In this document: one piece after another, positions 23,956-35,255 of the stretch
How positions within the stretch are numbered: the stretch's first letter is position 1
How the letters are laid out: each line of letters opens with the position of its first letter
From: Dipteris shenzhenensis
Lineage: Eukaryota
Reading direction: 5' to 3' (one strand)
Assembly: GCA_047967505.1 (NCBI GenBank)
Contig: CM106538.1
DNA: 64,000 nt
Made by a program: the position numbers and the translations under genes
The notes under the pieces: generated by a model
Database searches by the model: none
Told to the model about the DNA's origin: nothing
The model's input: only the letters and a program-made list of their open reading frames with translations

Positions 23956-26900
23956 ATGCTCAACAATGGTGGTATGGTGGAGCTTAGGATTAGTGGCACT
24001 ATTGTTGCACGCGGTACAGTATTCAACAATGACGTAGGTGGCTTGTATCAAGGTGTGCAAATTGGTTCTTCATGTGTATCTGTGTCAGTCGTTGTTTGTT
24101 TTAATGTGGACATTGAACTTCCATTTCCAACAATAAATACATGCAAACTTGGAGATGCAGTGGGAAGCACAATTAGGTGGGAAATGAAAGACTTAAAGCT
24201 ATATGATAAAGATAGCACTGCAGAGGAGGATGAGGTGCATGTACAAACTATCAGTATGCAATTTAGCAAATCAGATGGATATGATGTATGGGAGACATGG
24301 AGAATGTATCCTTTGCCCACAAAAAGAGCTTTTGTGGGCAAAGGATAAGACACAAACACCTAAAATAGGGGTAGTGTTTCTAGTACAACCTTATGAGGTT
24401 GTAAACTTCCAAGAGTTGGGTAAAAATGATATAGGAGTGATAGTTGAAGATAATATACCACACTCAGAGAATTTGAGTAGTGACAAGGTTAAAATTTTCT
24501 GTTCCAGTTCTAGAGACATGGCCTATAGATCAGATCACATTTGAGGATGGCTCACTGTTACAACCCATGGTCTATGAAGCGTGCATGGATGATTTGTTGG
24601 GAAATTCCAAAGCACAAGATGGGAGTGGTAGTACTTGCCTGAATGTTGAAGCACTTCGCACAAAAAGAAAATATCACATGATCAATTGCAAGCCCAGAGA
24701 GGAGATTGAATGCAATTTGAAGAAGAGGTGTATGCACGAAGATGTTCAATAGGTGGCACTTATAGATTGTTGCAAGTTGAAGTGTTGCCAGATTGTGGAT
24801 TGTGGTTTGGTTTTGCAAATGAGAGTGGAGTTTTGGAGCATGAACTTGGAGAATCGAATGACCTATATCTTCAATAGCTTCACTAATGCTGTGTGGATTG
24901 ATTCGAAAGGTGTTGTGTCACACTTGCTTAGCTTTGATGGCAGGGAAATATGTTGTAGGGCATGGTATGAATTGCACTCAATTTCTAAAACTTCATACTA
25001 TATAGGTACAAGGAACAACATAATGCTGGATGCACAAATGCCATGCATGGAAACAAAGGCATCATTAGAAAAGGATGGGATCACATGGAGATGGCAAGAG
25101 CTATGTTACATGACTTTGTGAATAACAATGCTGAAAGGATTCCCCATAAAGCTAGAACAACAATTGATGGCAAGAGAGAGACACAACTCGTCATTCCGGA
25201 TATGTACAAACAAGTGGACATAATGCATGAGATCAATTCGGCCATGAAAACTCTAGGGTACAAGGAGGTTCCAAAATCAACCTTCAATAGAATTTGGAAC
25301 ACGAACTTGAAGCATGTCTTGGTTTCTCATACAAGCACATTCTCAAAGTGTACCAAATTGGGTGCAACTAAGATACTAGCAGAACGTAAAAAGCTATTTC
25401 AAGAGACGAGGGAGCATATGAAACAGCACGTATATTATTCATGGTGTTACGAATCAGAGAAGGACCCTCAGTAAGTCTTATAAATGATACATGATAAGTT
25501 GGATCAATAGAAGATAGCCATACCGAGGCTCAAAGGTATCGATAAGTCATATCAGTTGCCAATATCATTGACTAGAATGCTAACACATGGACAAGAAGCA
25601 TACGGACATTTTCCCCTTGGTCTTTGGCCCACAAACCCAAACTTTACCGTGGGATCATTAGCATTGTGCCTTCGAAACTTGGAAAGAGAAGATATGCATG
25701 AGTATGGTGATCTTGTACATAGTGCTTTAAATACTTCAAGCCAGGTCCTAAATTGTGTAACCTCGAGGACAGCCATGGATATTCATCTATGGATGGATGA
25801 AAAGTCAAACCCTTATGCTCAAGAGATGCTTACAAGTATACATAACACATCCACTTCAGCTTTCAAAAGTCTTCCACCTTGCCTCTTGTTGCAGTTAGAC
25901 AATTGTGGATCACAGAACAAAAATAGATATGTTTTTACATATTTTATCTTCATAGGTGGTTAGGTGGGTTTTTTTAACGATAGAGATGGGTTTCTTAATA
26001 ATTGGTCATACCCATGAAGATATTGATGCATTGTTTAGTCGTTTTTTAGAGCAATTAAGGACAAGACATCTCTCACTCTAGCACGTCTTCGAGTGCACAA
26101 GCTCAAGGCCTACCCCTAAAGATGACAGAGGTTCCAGACTTCAAAGGGTTTATTGATGGTTACTTATGTGAAGGCTAGGATAAACTTATTGGACATTCAA
26201 AGCCACTACATTTTTGTTTTTTCATGCAAGACGACATTCGAGTAATGCAGTACAAAATGAATCACACACAAGATCATTGGATGCCAAAGGGTGGTAGCAT
26301 AGAGTTATGGAAAAGGGATACTCTTGGAAAACCTTTGTTGCCAGGTGGGGAACCAATAGTGCTTCCAATGTGTGAGTACTTAAAATATAGTGCTCAAGTG
26401 GTGAATGGCATAAAGGACTATATAAAATATTGGACATGCATCACATTGACAAAGGCTCACTAGATCCTTATTCGATATACATAACGCCAATGATACAATA
26501 TTGGTAAAACATGATCAAGGCATTGTCAGCACCTACAACAACTATGCAAAGTCAAAATATATGTATAGGCTTTTGGCCATGGACAACACATGTAGTAGAG
26601 CAGAACACCAACACCGACAAAGAAGGTTATGTGGGTTTAAAGGCACTAGAAGACCACTAGTGTGGTCCACAACGTAACAAGCCCAAAGATACATTTCAAC
26701 CTCTGATAGATGTAAAAAAGGGTGACTTTGTTCTTGTGAGGCCAAGTGACAATATATATCCAATTTGGTTGGGTGTACCCGAGTCGAACATTGAATCTGG
26801 TATTGATACAATATTGGGCCCCATGTTCCCATAAGAATAATGCAAGCGAGGAATAAGTGTATGCAAATTGTTGGGAGAAGTTTTGGATGTGCAATGACAA

Positions 26901-27060
26901 GGATCCTACATGTTGGGAGCAAGCAGAGTCAATAGTATGGAGCAGGACACTGAAACGGGGGAAGAAGCCCAAGAAGATCAAATTTTTGTTGACTATGTGT
27001 GAGAAAGCAAAAGCAGATCTAGTAGGGATCGATGAAGTAATCGATAAGAGTGTAAATTAA
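23956..27060 (+). pseudogene. Sola-superfamily DDD transposase with an N-terminal En/Spm Tnp1-like domain, frameshifted
   Basis: Motifs in order: DCCKLKCC, ICCRAWYELHSIS, TFNRIW..FSKC, IHDKLDQ (about 25490), LLLQLDNCGSQNKNRYVF (about 25885-25935), FLIIGHTHEDIDALFS (about 25990-26040). C-terminal KGDFVLVRP..PIWLG module. Confidence 0.8.
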
Positions 27061-28392
27061 GATAACACTCAATAGTCTTAAGGTGTTGTTGTCTTTAAAT
27101 TTTGGCTTGTATTGAGTAGTTAAGTTCATTGTCTTCCTATTGGTTGAATGTGTAACAATCGCCATTGACAATGTCATGACGAATAACAAGGTTAGCTTAA
27201 CTAAGGGCACTGCTTTAAACAAATGGCATTATACTTTTACACCATCTATTATATAAATGTGTCAACTGATAATTCAACAAAATTAACTCTCCTCTATGGC
27301 ATTGCAATATTTTTCAGGTTTTCATTGTCAAATACTAAATAATTTAAGGTGAGTAGGTGGCTTATGCAATGTTGCAACCGAGCAAAATTTTTGAGTGTAC
27401 ATAACAAATAGCTCATTCCCAAAGTTAATGAAACATCTTAATTATTTTCTCATTAAAATGACATCAATGACATAAATAAATATTATATGCATCATTCCCA
27501 AAATTAATGACACTCTAAATTAAGTTGTCTAAAACAACAAAACCAAAATTAATTGAATTCGACATTCTTAGTCTGAGGGCCTCTATAAATGCAACAAGAG
27601 ATTCCCAAAATTAATGAAACAATTTACACAAGAACAAACCAAAGATCCACAGTGACTATGTATGAAACAAGAGATCCACTGTGCTAGAGCAAAGATGAGA
27701 AGAGTATGAAGAAGGGATCCTAAGATGGGAGAGTGTAAGGCCAGAAAGACGAGACGAGTATGGGGAAGGGATCCTAAAATGGGAGAGTGTAAGGTTCTCT
27801 CTCCCAGTTTAATTTTCCCAAAATATCGAGATTTTCCCAAAATTACTAATATAGTGTGTAAAAAAAACAAAGCTATACACAATACAGCCATAATAATAAT
27901 GACAACAAAGTTGTGCAAAAATTCTCTTCGTAATGGCAAGGGATAACCATTGTGCATGAGGCACACATTGAATTTGAAATTTACAAGGTTGGGAGTGTAA
28001 TATATTCAGAGGGGGAGCAGTGCTCACATAAAACATTTTTCATAGCAACAAATCATGAAACTTGGGGTATCAAAATTTTGAAGGTTTTTCTTGAGAATTG
28101 GCACAACTAAATTGCCGAAAATCCTGCAGGCTTACAGAATTGAGAAAAGAGTTTTCAAAGGTGAAAATGAGAAATGTTGGAGGTTCGCAGTGGTCTTCAA
28201 AGGATGGATCTACAACCGTATATGGAAAAATATAAGCAAATAATTAAAACAAGTTGGGATTGGGCTTGTGGAAAATACAAATAATAATTAATTAGAACAA
28301 ATTGGTTTAATTTCCTTACGTATGTGCCAAAGGCTAGGTAGGTCTACTTATTAACCAACAAGAGGAGGATAAGCTTGGTTTACACATGAATC

Positions 28393-28716
28393 ATGTTGTC
28401 CCTGCAGCCTGTGGTAATCCACTGTCCTGCCTCAGATCTCTCCCCCAAGTTTGGAATACTGCCATCTTCTTCTAGGGTTCCCTTGCGCGTTGTCTGTAGC
28501 TCCCGGAACCCCGGCAAGCCCAGGGGTCCTCTTTGGAAGGGAAGAATCCTCTCCAATGAAGCTTTGCGAGCTGTTCGGGAGCTTAAAAGGGCAAAGGCGG
28601 ACGCCGACCGTATCGCTGCCGTATTCGACACCAAAATAACACGTCTTTTGAAGCCCGATATGGTGGCTGTTCTGGGTGAGCTGCAACGCCAAGATGAATG
28701 CGACTTAGCTCTCCAG
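28393..28716 (+). CDS. THA8: THA8-family short PPR protein, exon 1 (transit peptide and N-terminal helices)
   Basis: RGPLWKGRILSNEALRAVRELKR..TRLLKPDMVAVLGELQRQDECDLALQ is the THA8/THA8-like signature. S/P/R-rich transit-like start, CpG-rich exon, CAG|GT donor at 28716/28717 in phase 0. Exact paralog not resolved. Confidence 0.9.
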
Positions 28717-30174
28717 GTTTTTCTTGCAGTTCATAGTATTATTTTTCGCTTTTGCGTGGTATTTCTGGCATCGTCAGTAGATTACATATTTCACGATCCT
28801 GGAACAGAATTCCGCGTACTCAATGGAGTATGGGAAGTTTACTATTTCGGTTGTACTTCTACCACTTGCTTTAGTCTCAACAGTGCGGCCCTTGGGATCC
28901 TCTGGTGGGGCGGTTGGGATAAACTGCTCAGTCGGTGCCTCGCATCCTTTCCTTAAATGTTGAAACCGCTAACTAGTAAAATTCAGGCCTTAATTTGTTG
29001 GTTTCCACTCAGTGACAGGAGTTGCAAAGTGCACACCTTTCCTTGTCCTTGTTTTTTTGTGATAACTCGAGCTATTTAAGAAGTCCATAATGAACTCGTC
29101 TACTCCATATGGCTTTGGAGTTGTAGAGAAATCTTGTCCTCTTAGACCTAAATGCCATCAGAATAGTCATGGCGCCTCTTACTCTTTATGGCCAGTCTTC
29201 GTCAGAGATACTCGCAGGGAGCTGTTCCACCCATGGTTTTCAGACTAGGATGGGAGAGAATTATCGGGCTCGAACCTTGGGTACTAGAGTACTCCGACCA
29301 GGTGTGTGCAGTACTGATGTAAGTACTTTTGGATAGTTATGCTATGTACACAAGATCCCCTCCCCTCCCCTCCCCTCCCCTCCCCTCCCGTCCCCGTCCC
29401 CCAGCAAGCTCCCTTCATGTTACTCAATTTACACACTTCTCATGGTACACACATTGGGGGTGTACCTCCAAACAACTTTGCCCTGTTGCAGGCAATCCAG
29501 AAGGATTAACCCCACAACAATTGGTGTGATTAACTTCCAGTGGCAGGGCTGAGCAGTTAAGATTCCCATATGAGTTTGTTGATTAGTTACCGAAGGATCA
29601 ATGGGCATGAAGGACAGCAAATCACAACGTCCAATGCACCCATGTCCACCTACACATGTCAAAACTAACCCTTTTAGGAGGGTCTAGATTTGAATCAAAG
29701 GCCTCATAAGAGGGCTTTGGCTCTAAATACTAAGCCAACGACTGGCACAACAAACGTTAAATTTGTTTCAGTGGAGCCAATTGTTTTCTAATCTGGTCAT
29801 ATCCATTGCTGGCCAGGGATGTGCAATTTTACCCATCTTTTGCCTCTGGTGCTCATCTGTGTAGCACCGACTTTAGAAATCAAAAAGCCCTCCTAGTGTC
29901 TGAGGGTAACGACGTTGTGTGTACATTCCATGTTATTCACATATAACTGATTTTCCACAGTAGCAATAAAGCAAATAAAATGACCATGCATTACATAAAC
30001 CAAATCATAAAGTGGAGTAGGGTTTTAGGCGAGGATATGGAGTTGGAATAGGTCTCACATCCCCCATCACGGATCAATCCATGGCATACTCTTTTCTTTA
30101 TAGAAGAAATAAGAGATATAGAATGTGTAGGATCTTTTAATGGAACAAACTATGAAAACCCAATAGCCACAAGC

Positions 30175-31299
30175 TTGGAGGACAACAAAAATATCTTTAA
30201 GCTGGCGCCCTCAGTTGGGAATCCAATAGAAGTGAAATGGAATATCCAAAACTGGTCGCTGCGCCAAGTGATGGTACATACTATACCTGAGGAATACTTT
30301 CCGCCTCTGCCATTTCGAGCTCCTCTTCACCACCAACTGAAACTGCGGAATTGTCACCAATGTAAACGTGGCTTGACTTCCACCGAAGGTCTCGGAACTC
30401 CTCATGGGATGGGGTCATGTGCCTAGAAGTAGCACTATCAAGTATTCATTCACGTGTCTCACAAAGCATGAGAGCATCTCCCTCTCCTCCTGAATAAGAT
30501 GGAGCATCTATATCCACAATCTCCAAATGAACAAAGATCGGAATAGTTGCAGTTGCAGCTCCGGAACCGGTACCCTTGCCTTGACTCCTATGAGGGCACT
30601 GCCTCCAATAGTGGGAAGGGCCATAGTGATTGCACGTTCACTCCGCCTTCAAGGCCTCTCTCTCTGCATCAGACTTCTTCTGTGAGGATGAAGATCAAAC
30701 AAGAGTTCCACTTACCCTTTTCATTTGTTGGTCCACCATTTGTCGTGCGGGGCAGTTAGGGTCTTATGTTGTGGAAACGCTCGTCCTGATCAAGAACCGT
30801 AGGCCAATCTCCTCCCACGTGAAAATGAGGAGTAAAGTGCTGAATACTGGGATGATAATTGGGACAACAGGGTGATGGCTATGTCCTCCGAGGAAAGCTT
30901 CTTGCTTGCTTGGAGTACCTCCTGCTGAAGTGCCTGCAACTTGTTCATATGCTTCCGCATGGTAGATGACTTTGCGGCATGCAACACTTGCATAGACTTC
31001 GAGGGAAACTCTCTCCATCAGGGAGACCCTCTTGTGGAGGGATGCCAAATGAAAGAGCGTACACGAGAATTTACTTGATCCCATAACTGGGCGAAAGTCG
31101 TCGCCTCATGCTGTTCAAGAATGCAAAGGTGCTCTGCATTCAGATTTGGCCTTGCAACTCCCACAAGGATGAAGTCAGCCAGGTCAAAGTTTGTAGGACG
31201 GACTCCAAACCCCGTGGTTGTTAATTGATGGCCAATAGGAAATGTGGGAAGAACCTAGATTTTGACTTGCTTCTCAGCCATCTCCAACAGACTAGCCAT
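30175..31299 (-). pseudogene. Copia gag/protease remnant
   Basis: MRKHMNKLQALQQEVLQASKKLSSEDIAITLLSQLSSQYSALYSS is gag_2/UBN2-like. Heavily degraded. Confidence 0.65.
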
Positions 31300-31464
31300 C
31301 TCAAAGGAGAGGAGAACCAGCTCTTGTGAAAGGGGGGGAGTGGGTTTTTGAAGTCTTCTTTAGGGCCTCACAAAAGTTAGCCTCTTTCCGTACTAGATCT
31401 TCAAAAGCAGCTTTCTGTGGAAAAGGAGAACGACTCTGGCTCACAAAATTATCTCTGTGCTTTG

Positions 31465-31864
31465 TGTAACAGTAGTTACTTCCAGCTTAGTAGTTAGCTC
31501 TATTTTAGTAGGAAACTACTATTTCCTTTTCTAAATGCTACTTTAAATCATGTAATGCCACGTGGCAGCCCTTGGGAGTTATCCCATAAGCATTTAGTGT
31601 TGCTGGCCCACTTTCCCATAATATAAAAAGGGGCTTCAGCTGTACTTCCAGGTGCCTTTTGATCATAATACAAATTGGAGTCTACTCCCTTTGGTGATTG
31701 ACTCAATCCCAAGAAGGATCCCCTAGCAATGGCTAGCCAGCCCATGGAGCTGCAAGTCCATGCCGTCTCATGTGAGAGTGTCTCTAACCCTACCCCTCTA
31801 TCTTTTCTGTTCTTTTTACTAGTTTAAGTGACAGTTTAGTAGTCTAGTAGTTGCCCTTGTTACA
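31465..31864 (+). mobile_element. LTR (5') of a Gypsy-type element, followed by a tRNA-iMet PBS
   Basis: tgtaaca...tgttaca inverted ends, tatataaa at about 31620, tt-tggtatcagag at 31865-31877. Confidence 0.75.
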
Positions 31865-32408
31865 TTTGGTATCAGAGGGAAATTGTGGGGTAAATCATGT
31901 CCAAACTTGCTGAAACTTGGAGCATGGCATCTTGAGGCCTATCCCTAGTCAGCTACAGAGACCCTAAATTGCAGAGTGCTCAGAAGGCTGTTTCTTGCTG
32001 CTCCAAGTGACTACAGCACTCCCAAAAGAGAACACATATCCAGTGGTAGATCGTCTATACAACTGCACTACCTGTAAGCTGAATTTCGAGCAGATTTCAA
32101 GGCAAACGATCTTCAATGGACTCCAAACTTAGTTCATGTGCTCCAAAGGCTGAGGCGACTCCTTGGAAGCAGAGGTATCACTATTTGCAGCAGGGAAACC
32201 CTAATTCGAAGCAGAAATGCAGGTTCAGCTAGTCAAAAACACTGATAACTCCCCTACTTGGACTCCAATGTCTACCAAACAACTTTAGGAGCAGCCTGTA
32301 GAGCCTAGGACGACCAGCTTTGTGCAAGAAGCCCCAAATTCTGAGCAGTACTTGGCTAGATCGCAATTTAGGTCAAATTCGCCTGCGCCAGTCAGATTTT
32401 CAAGCAAT

Positions 32409-32950
32409 ATGCCCTTTGGGCTAACTAATGCCCCAGCTACCTTTCAGTATTTGATGAACCAAAATTTGGTCCTTATCTCTTCAAGTTTGCACTTGTGTTC
32501 TTTGATGATATACTCATATACAGCAGGAGTAAGGAAGAGCATTTGCAGTATGTTGCTAAGGTTTTGGAGATTCTCAGGTTGCACCAGCTATATGCCAAAC
32601 CTTCTAAGTGCTCTTTCAACAAGCAGTTTTGGGATGTGCTTTTACGTGTGAGCTCTTACAAAACAGTCCCCATCTCAGAGCAAGCTGAAAAGTATTGTTG
32701 TGGTCTTCCCAAAGAGTTGAGGGACTATTGCACCAAGACACACATTTCCAGTATGTTACAGTTGATAGAGAATGCCAACATAGCTTACTCACTCATGCAG
32801 GGCAGAGTCTCAGCAACTTCAAGGAGGAGCCAAAGAAATCACAGCAAGCTGGAAAAGTCCCTCTTAAATCAAAGTTTGTGGCAAGACAAAGGAAAAGTCC
32901 CTCTTAAATCAAAGTTTGTGAAAAAGTCTCTCTTAAATCAAAGTTTGTGC
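32409..32950 (+). pseudogene. Chimeric Gypsy RT fragment fused to a gag-like fragment
   Basis: MPFGLTNAPATFQ / FFDDILIYSRSKEEHL..LYAKPSKCSF (RT) runs into KQFWDVLLRV..EQAEKYCCGLPKELRDY (retrotransposon gag-like). Confidence 0.7.
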
Positions 32951-33325
32951 CGCCTCCCACCCGTTGCACTCCTTCTCTCCATCCTTGCTGCTCTCTCCAC
33001 CTTCTCTAAGCTCTCTCCATCCCTTCATCCTTCACTCTCGGACTCTCCATCCTGATTCCCTCGGACCTCTCCTTCTCTCTCCATCCTCTTCATCCTTCTC
33101 TCCATCTTCTCCATCCTGCAAGCTCCAGCTTAGCAACCTATTCTCCATCCCTCCATCCTCCTCCTCTCCATCCTCTCTTACCTCTCCATCCTCCTCCACT
33201 TCTACCTTTGATCCTCCAGGCTCCTTCTACCTCTCCATCCTCTTTTACCTCTGAGCTCTCCATCCTCCTTCTACCTCTCCATCCTTTCTCACCTCTCCAT
33301 CCTCCTTACCCCTCCATCCTCCTCA

Positions 33326-35255
33326 ATGCCGAGAGATCCTTATTGGGTCCATGTCTCCCTCCTGGATAGTTATAAAGGAGGCGGTGGCTCCAAGAAGTGG
33401 AGATGCAACTATTGCGGCATAAGCAAAACGGGGTCTGTCACACGGGTGAAAGACCATCTAGTAGGTGCTCCCGCAAGGATATATGACCTTGTGAGTTTGT
33501 GCTTGCTCTTGTGAAAGGTGGCTTAACAGAATGTAAGGCAACTTTGGCTGCAGAAAGTGGAGGGCAAGGGCTGCAAGATGAAGAAGAGGCTGCTAACACT
33601 GAGCCATTGGATGATGCTAGCACATTGGGCTCTGTAAAGAGAAGGAGAGGGGCATCAACTACATCGAGCGCGGGTCCTAGTGCTACAAAAACACCCTTGC
33701 CACATGTATCAATTAGTGTGGATGCTAGTGCGGGAAAAAGAGAATCACTGCAAAGGTCTAGCATTCAAGCACGCTTGCAAAAGCAAGCAGTGAAGGAGGC
33801 CGCGAGTGAGCTCACAAAGCTCTTCATACAGTGTGCAATACACTTTCATGTGGCGAAGACTACACGATGGAGCAAGGCCATGAGAGACGTGAGCCGCATT
33901 GGGTATGAATGGGAAGGGCCTACAGATGAGGCCTTGCGGATAAGAGAGCTAAGAAGAGAGAGGGAATGTGTGGAAAACCAAATGAAGCCCTTGAAAGAGA
34001 CTTGGAAAAAATATGGATGCATACTCTTATGCGATGGATGGTCGGATACACGCAGGAGGAGTGCGTACAATATTTTAGTATCTTCTTGAGAGCCATAGAC
34101 GCTTCCACTGTAGGTACAGTGATTACAGGGTTGTATATTTGGGAGCATATATGGGCAACCATTATGGAGATAGGTGCTGAGAATGTGGTGCAAGTGGTGA
34201 CAGATAATGGCAGCAATTGTGTGTTAATGGATGCTGTGTTAGAAGATGAGTTCCCTAAGATTGTGTGGACACCCTGTGTCTCACATTGCCTTGATCTTTT
34301 GATCAAGGACCTAGGGAAGATACATGCCATCTTCTCCACATCCCGCAGTATTGTGAAGTTTGTCATGAAGAGACCCAAAGTCCTTAGCATCTATCGGGCT
34401 TACAATGACCTCCAGCTACTGAAAAGCGAAGCTACAAGTTTGCTTACATGTTCATAGTGGTGGAGAGGCTTATGCGAGTGCGCCAGGGCTTGTTGCGCAC
34501 GGTTGTGTCTCGGGAGTGGGGAGATTGGGATGATAGAGGCCAAGCAAAGTCTATCAAATTTGTCTGCATGATCATGGATAAGTATTGGTGGAATTAGGCA
34601 GAGGTATTAATCAAATCGATTAATCCTATCTACATGGTGCTTCGCATCACGGACATGGAGGGAAGCACATTAGGGCTCTTGTACGAGTTTATGGACAAGA
34701 TTAGAGAGGCCCTGAATAAAAACACTTTCCTATCGCCTAATAAGTAAGACTTTTTACTTTTTGTAATATGTATAGTTATTGCAGTTACTAAATTGCAATT
34801 TGCTATCAAAGCTTATGGTTGGAGCCTGGAATTTTTAGATATGTATTATTTATGTGTTATGAATTTTGCATGCATAATTTCTTGTGGCATGATTTAGGGT
34901 TGAGTCCATCCTTGCTATATGAAATAAGCAGTGGAATTGGTTCCACCGCCCAATCCATGTGGTGGCACATGTATTGCATCGTGCTATATGAAATAAGCGG
35001 TGGAATTGGTTCCACCGCCCAATCCATGCGGTGGCACATGTATTGCATCCTTTCTGGCGCAGTCAAGAGCAATATGAGAATGATGAGTTGGAGGAGGGGA
35101 TGCAACAATATCTACAAAATTGGACGGGTGGTGACTTGGAGATGCAACGAAGAATGGATGATGAAGCTGATGGGGATCCAAATGGGTGAGTTGATCCACT
35201 TGAGGGCAGCCCATGGTAGAATAGTGCAGGCGAATGTTCCCATGGGGGTTGGTGG
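33326..35255 (+). pseudogene. hAT transposase (BED finger + DUF659-type core), truncated by a Gypsy insertion
   Basis: DPYW..KWRCNYCG..GSVTRVKDHL; WKKYGCILLCDGWSDTRRR; EIGAENVVQVVTDNGSN; WTPCVSHCLDL. Preceded by a (ctctccatc)-rich tract at 32960-33325. Confidence 0.92.

Larger units (their letters stand above)
20143..27856 (+). mobile_element. Large Sola-type DNA transposon relic; left end not in view (probably split by the PLE), right end tentative
   Basis: Transposase at 23956-27060. A stray copy of the internal palindrome sits at 20281. Repeated cattcccaaa(a/g)ttaatga and ttttcccaaaat motifs at 27415-27845 end in ..atatagtg. Confidence 0.55.

Noticed and set aside
28717-28956. C-terminal part of the 187-aa ORF as coding sequence
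   Set aside because: Read-through into the intron. THA8 similarity stops at the GT donor and resumes at 43034.
29170-29310. Minus-strand CTGACGAAGAC (hammerhead start) and GGTTCGAGCCC (B-box, tRNA/SINE-like)
   Set aside because: No GAAA core or pairing stems, and no cloverleaf or convincing A-box. Too degraded to call.
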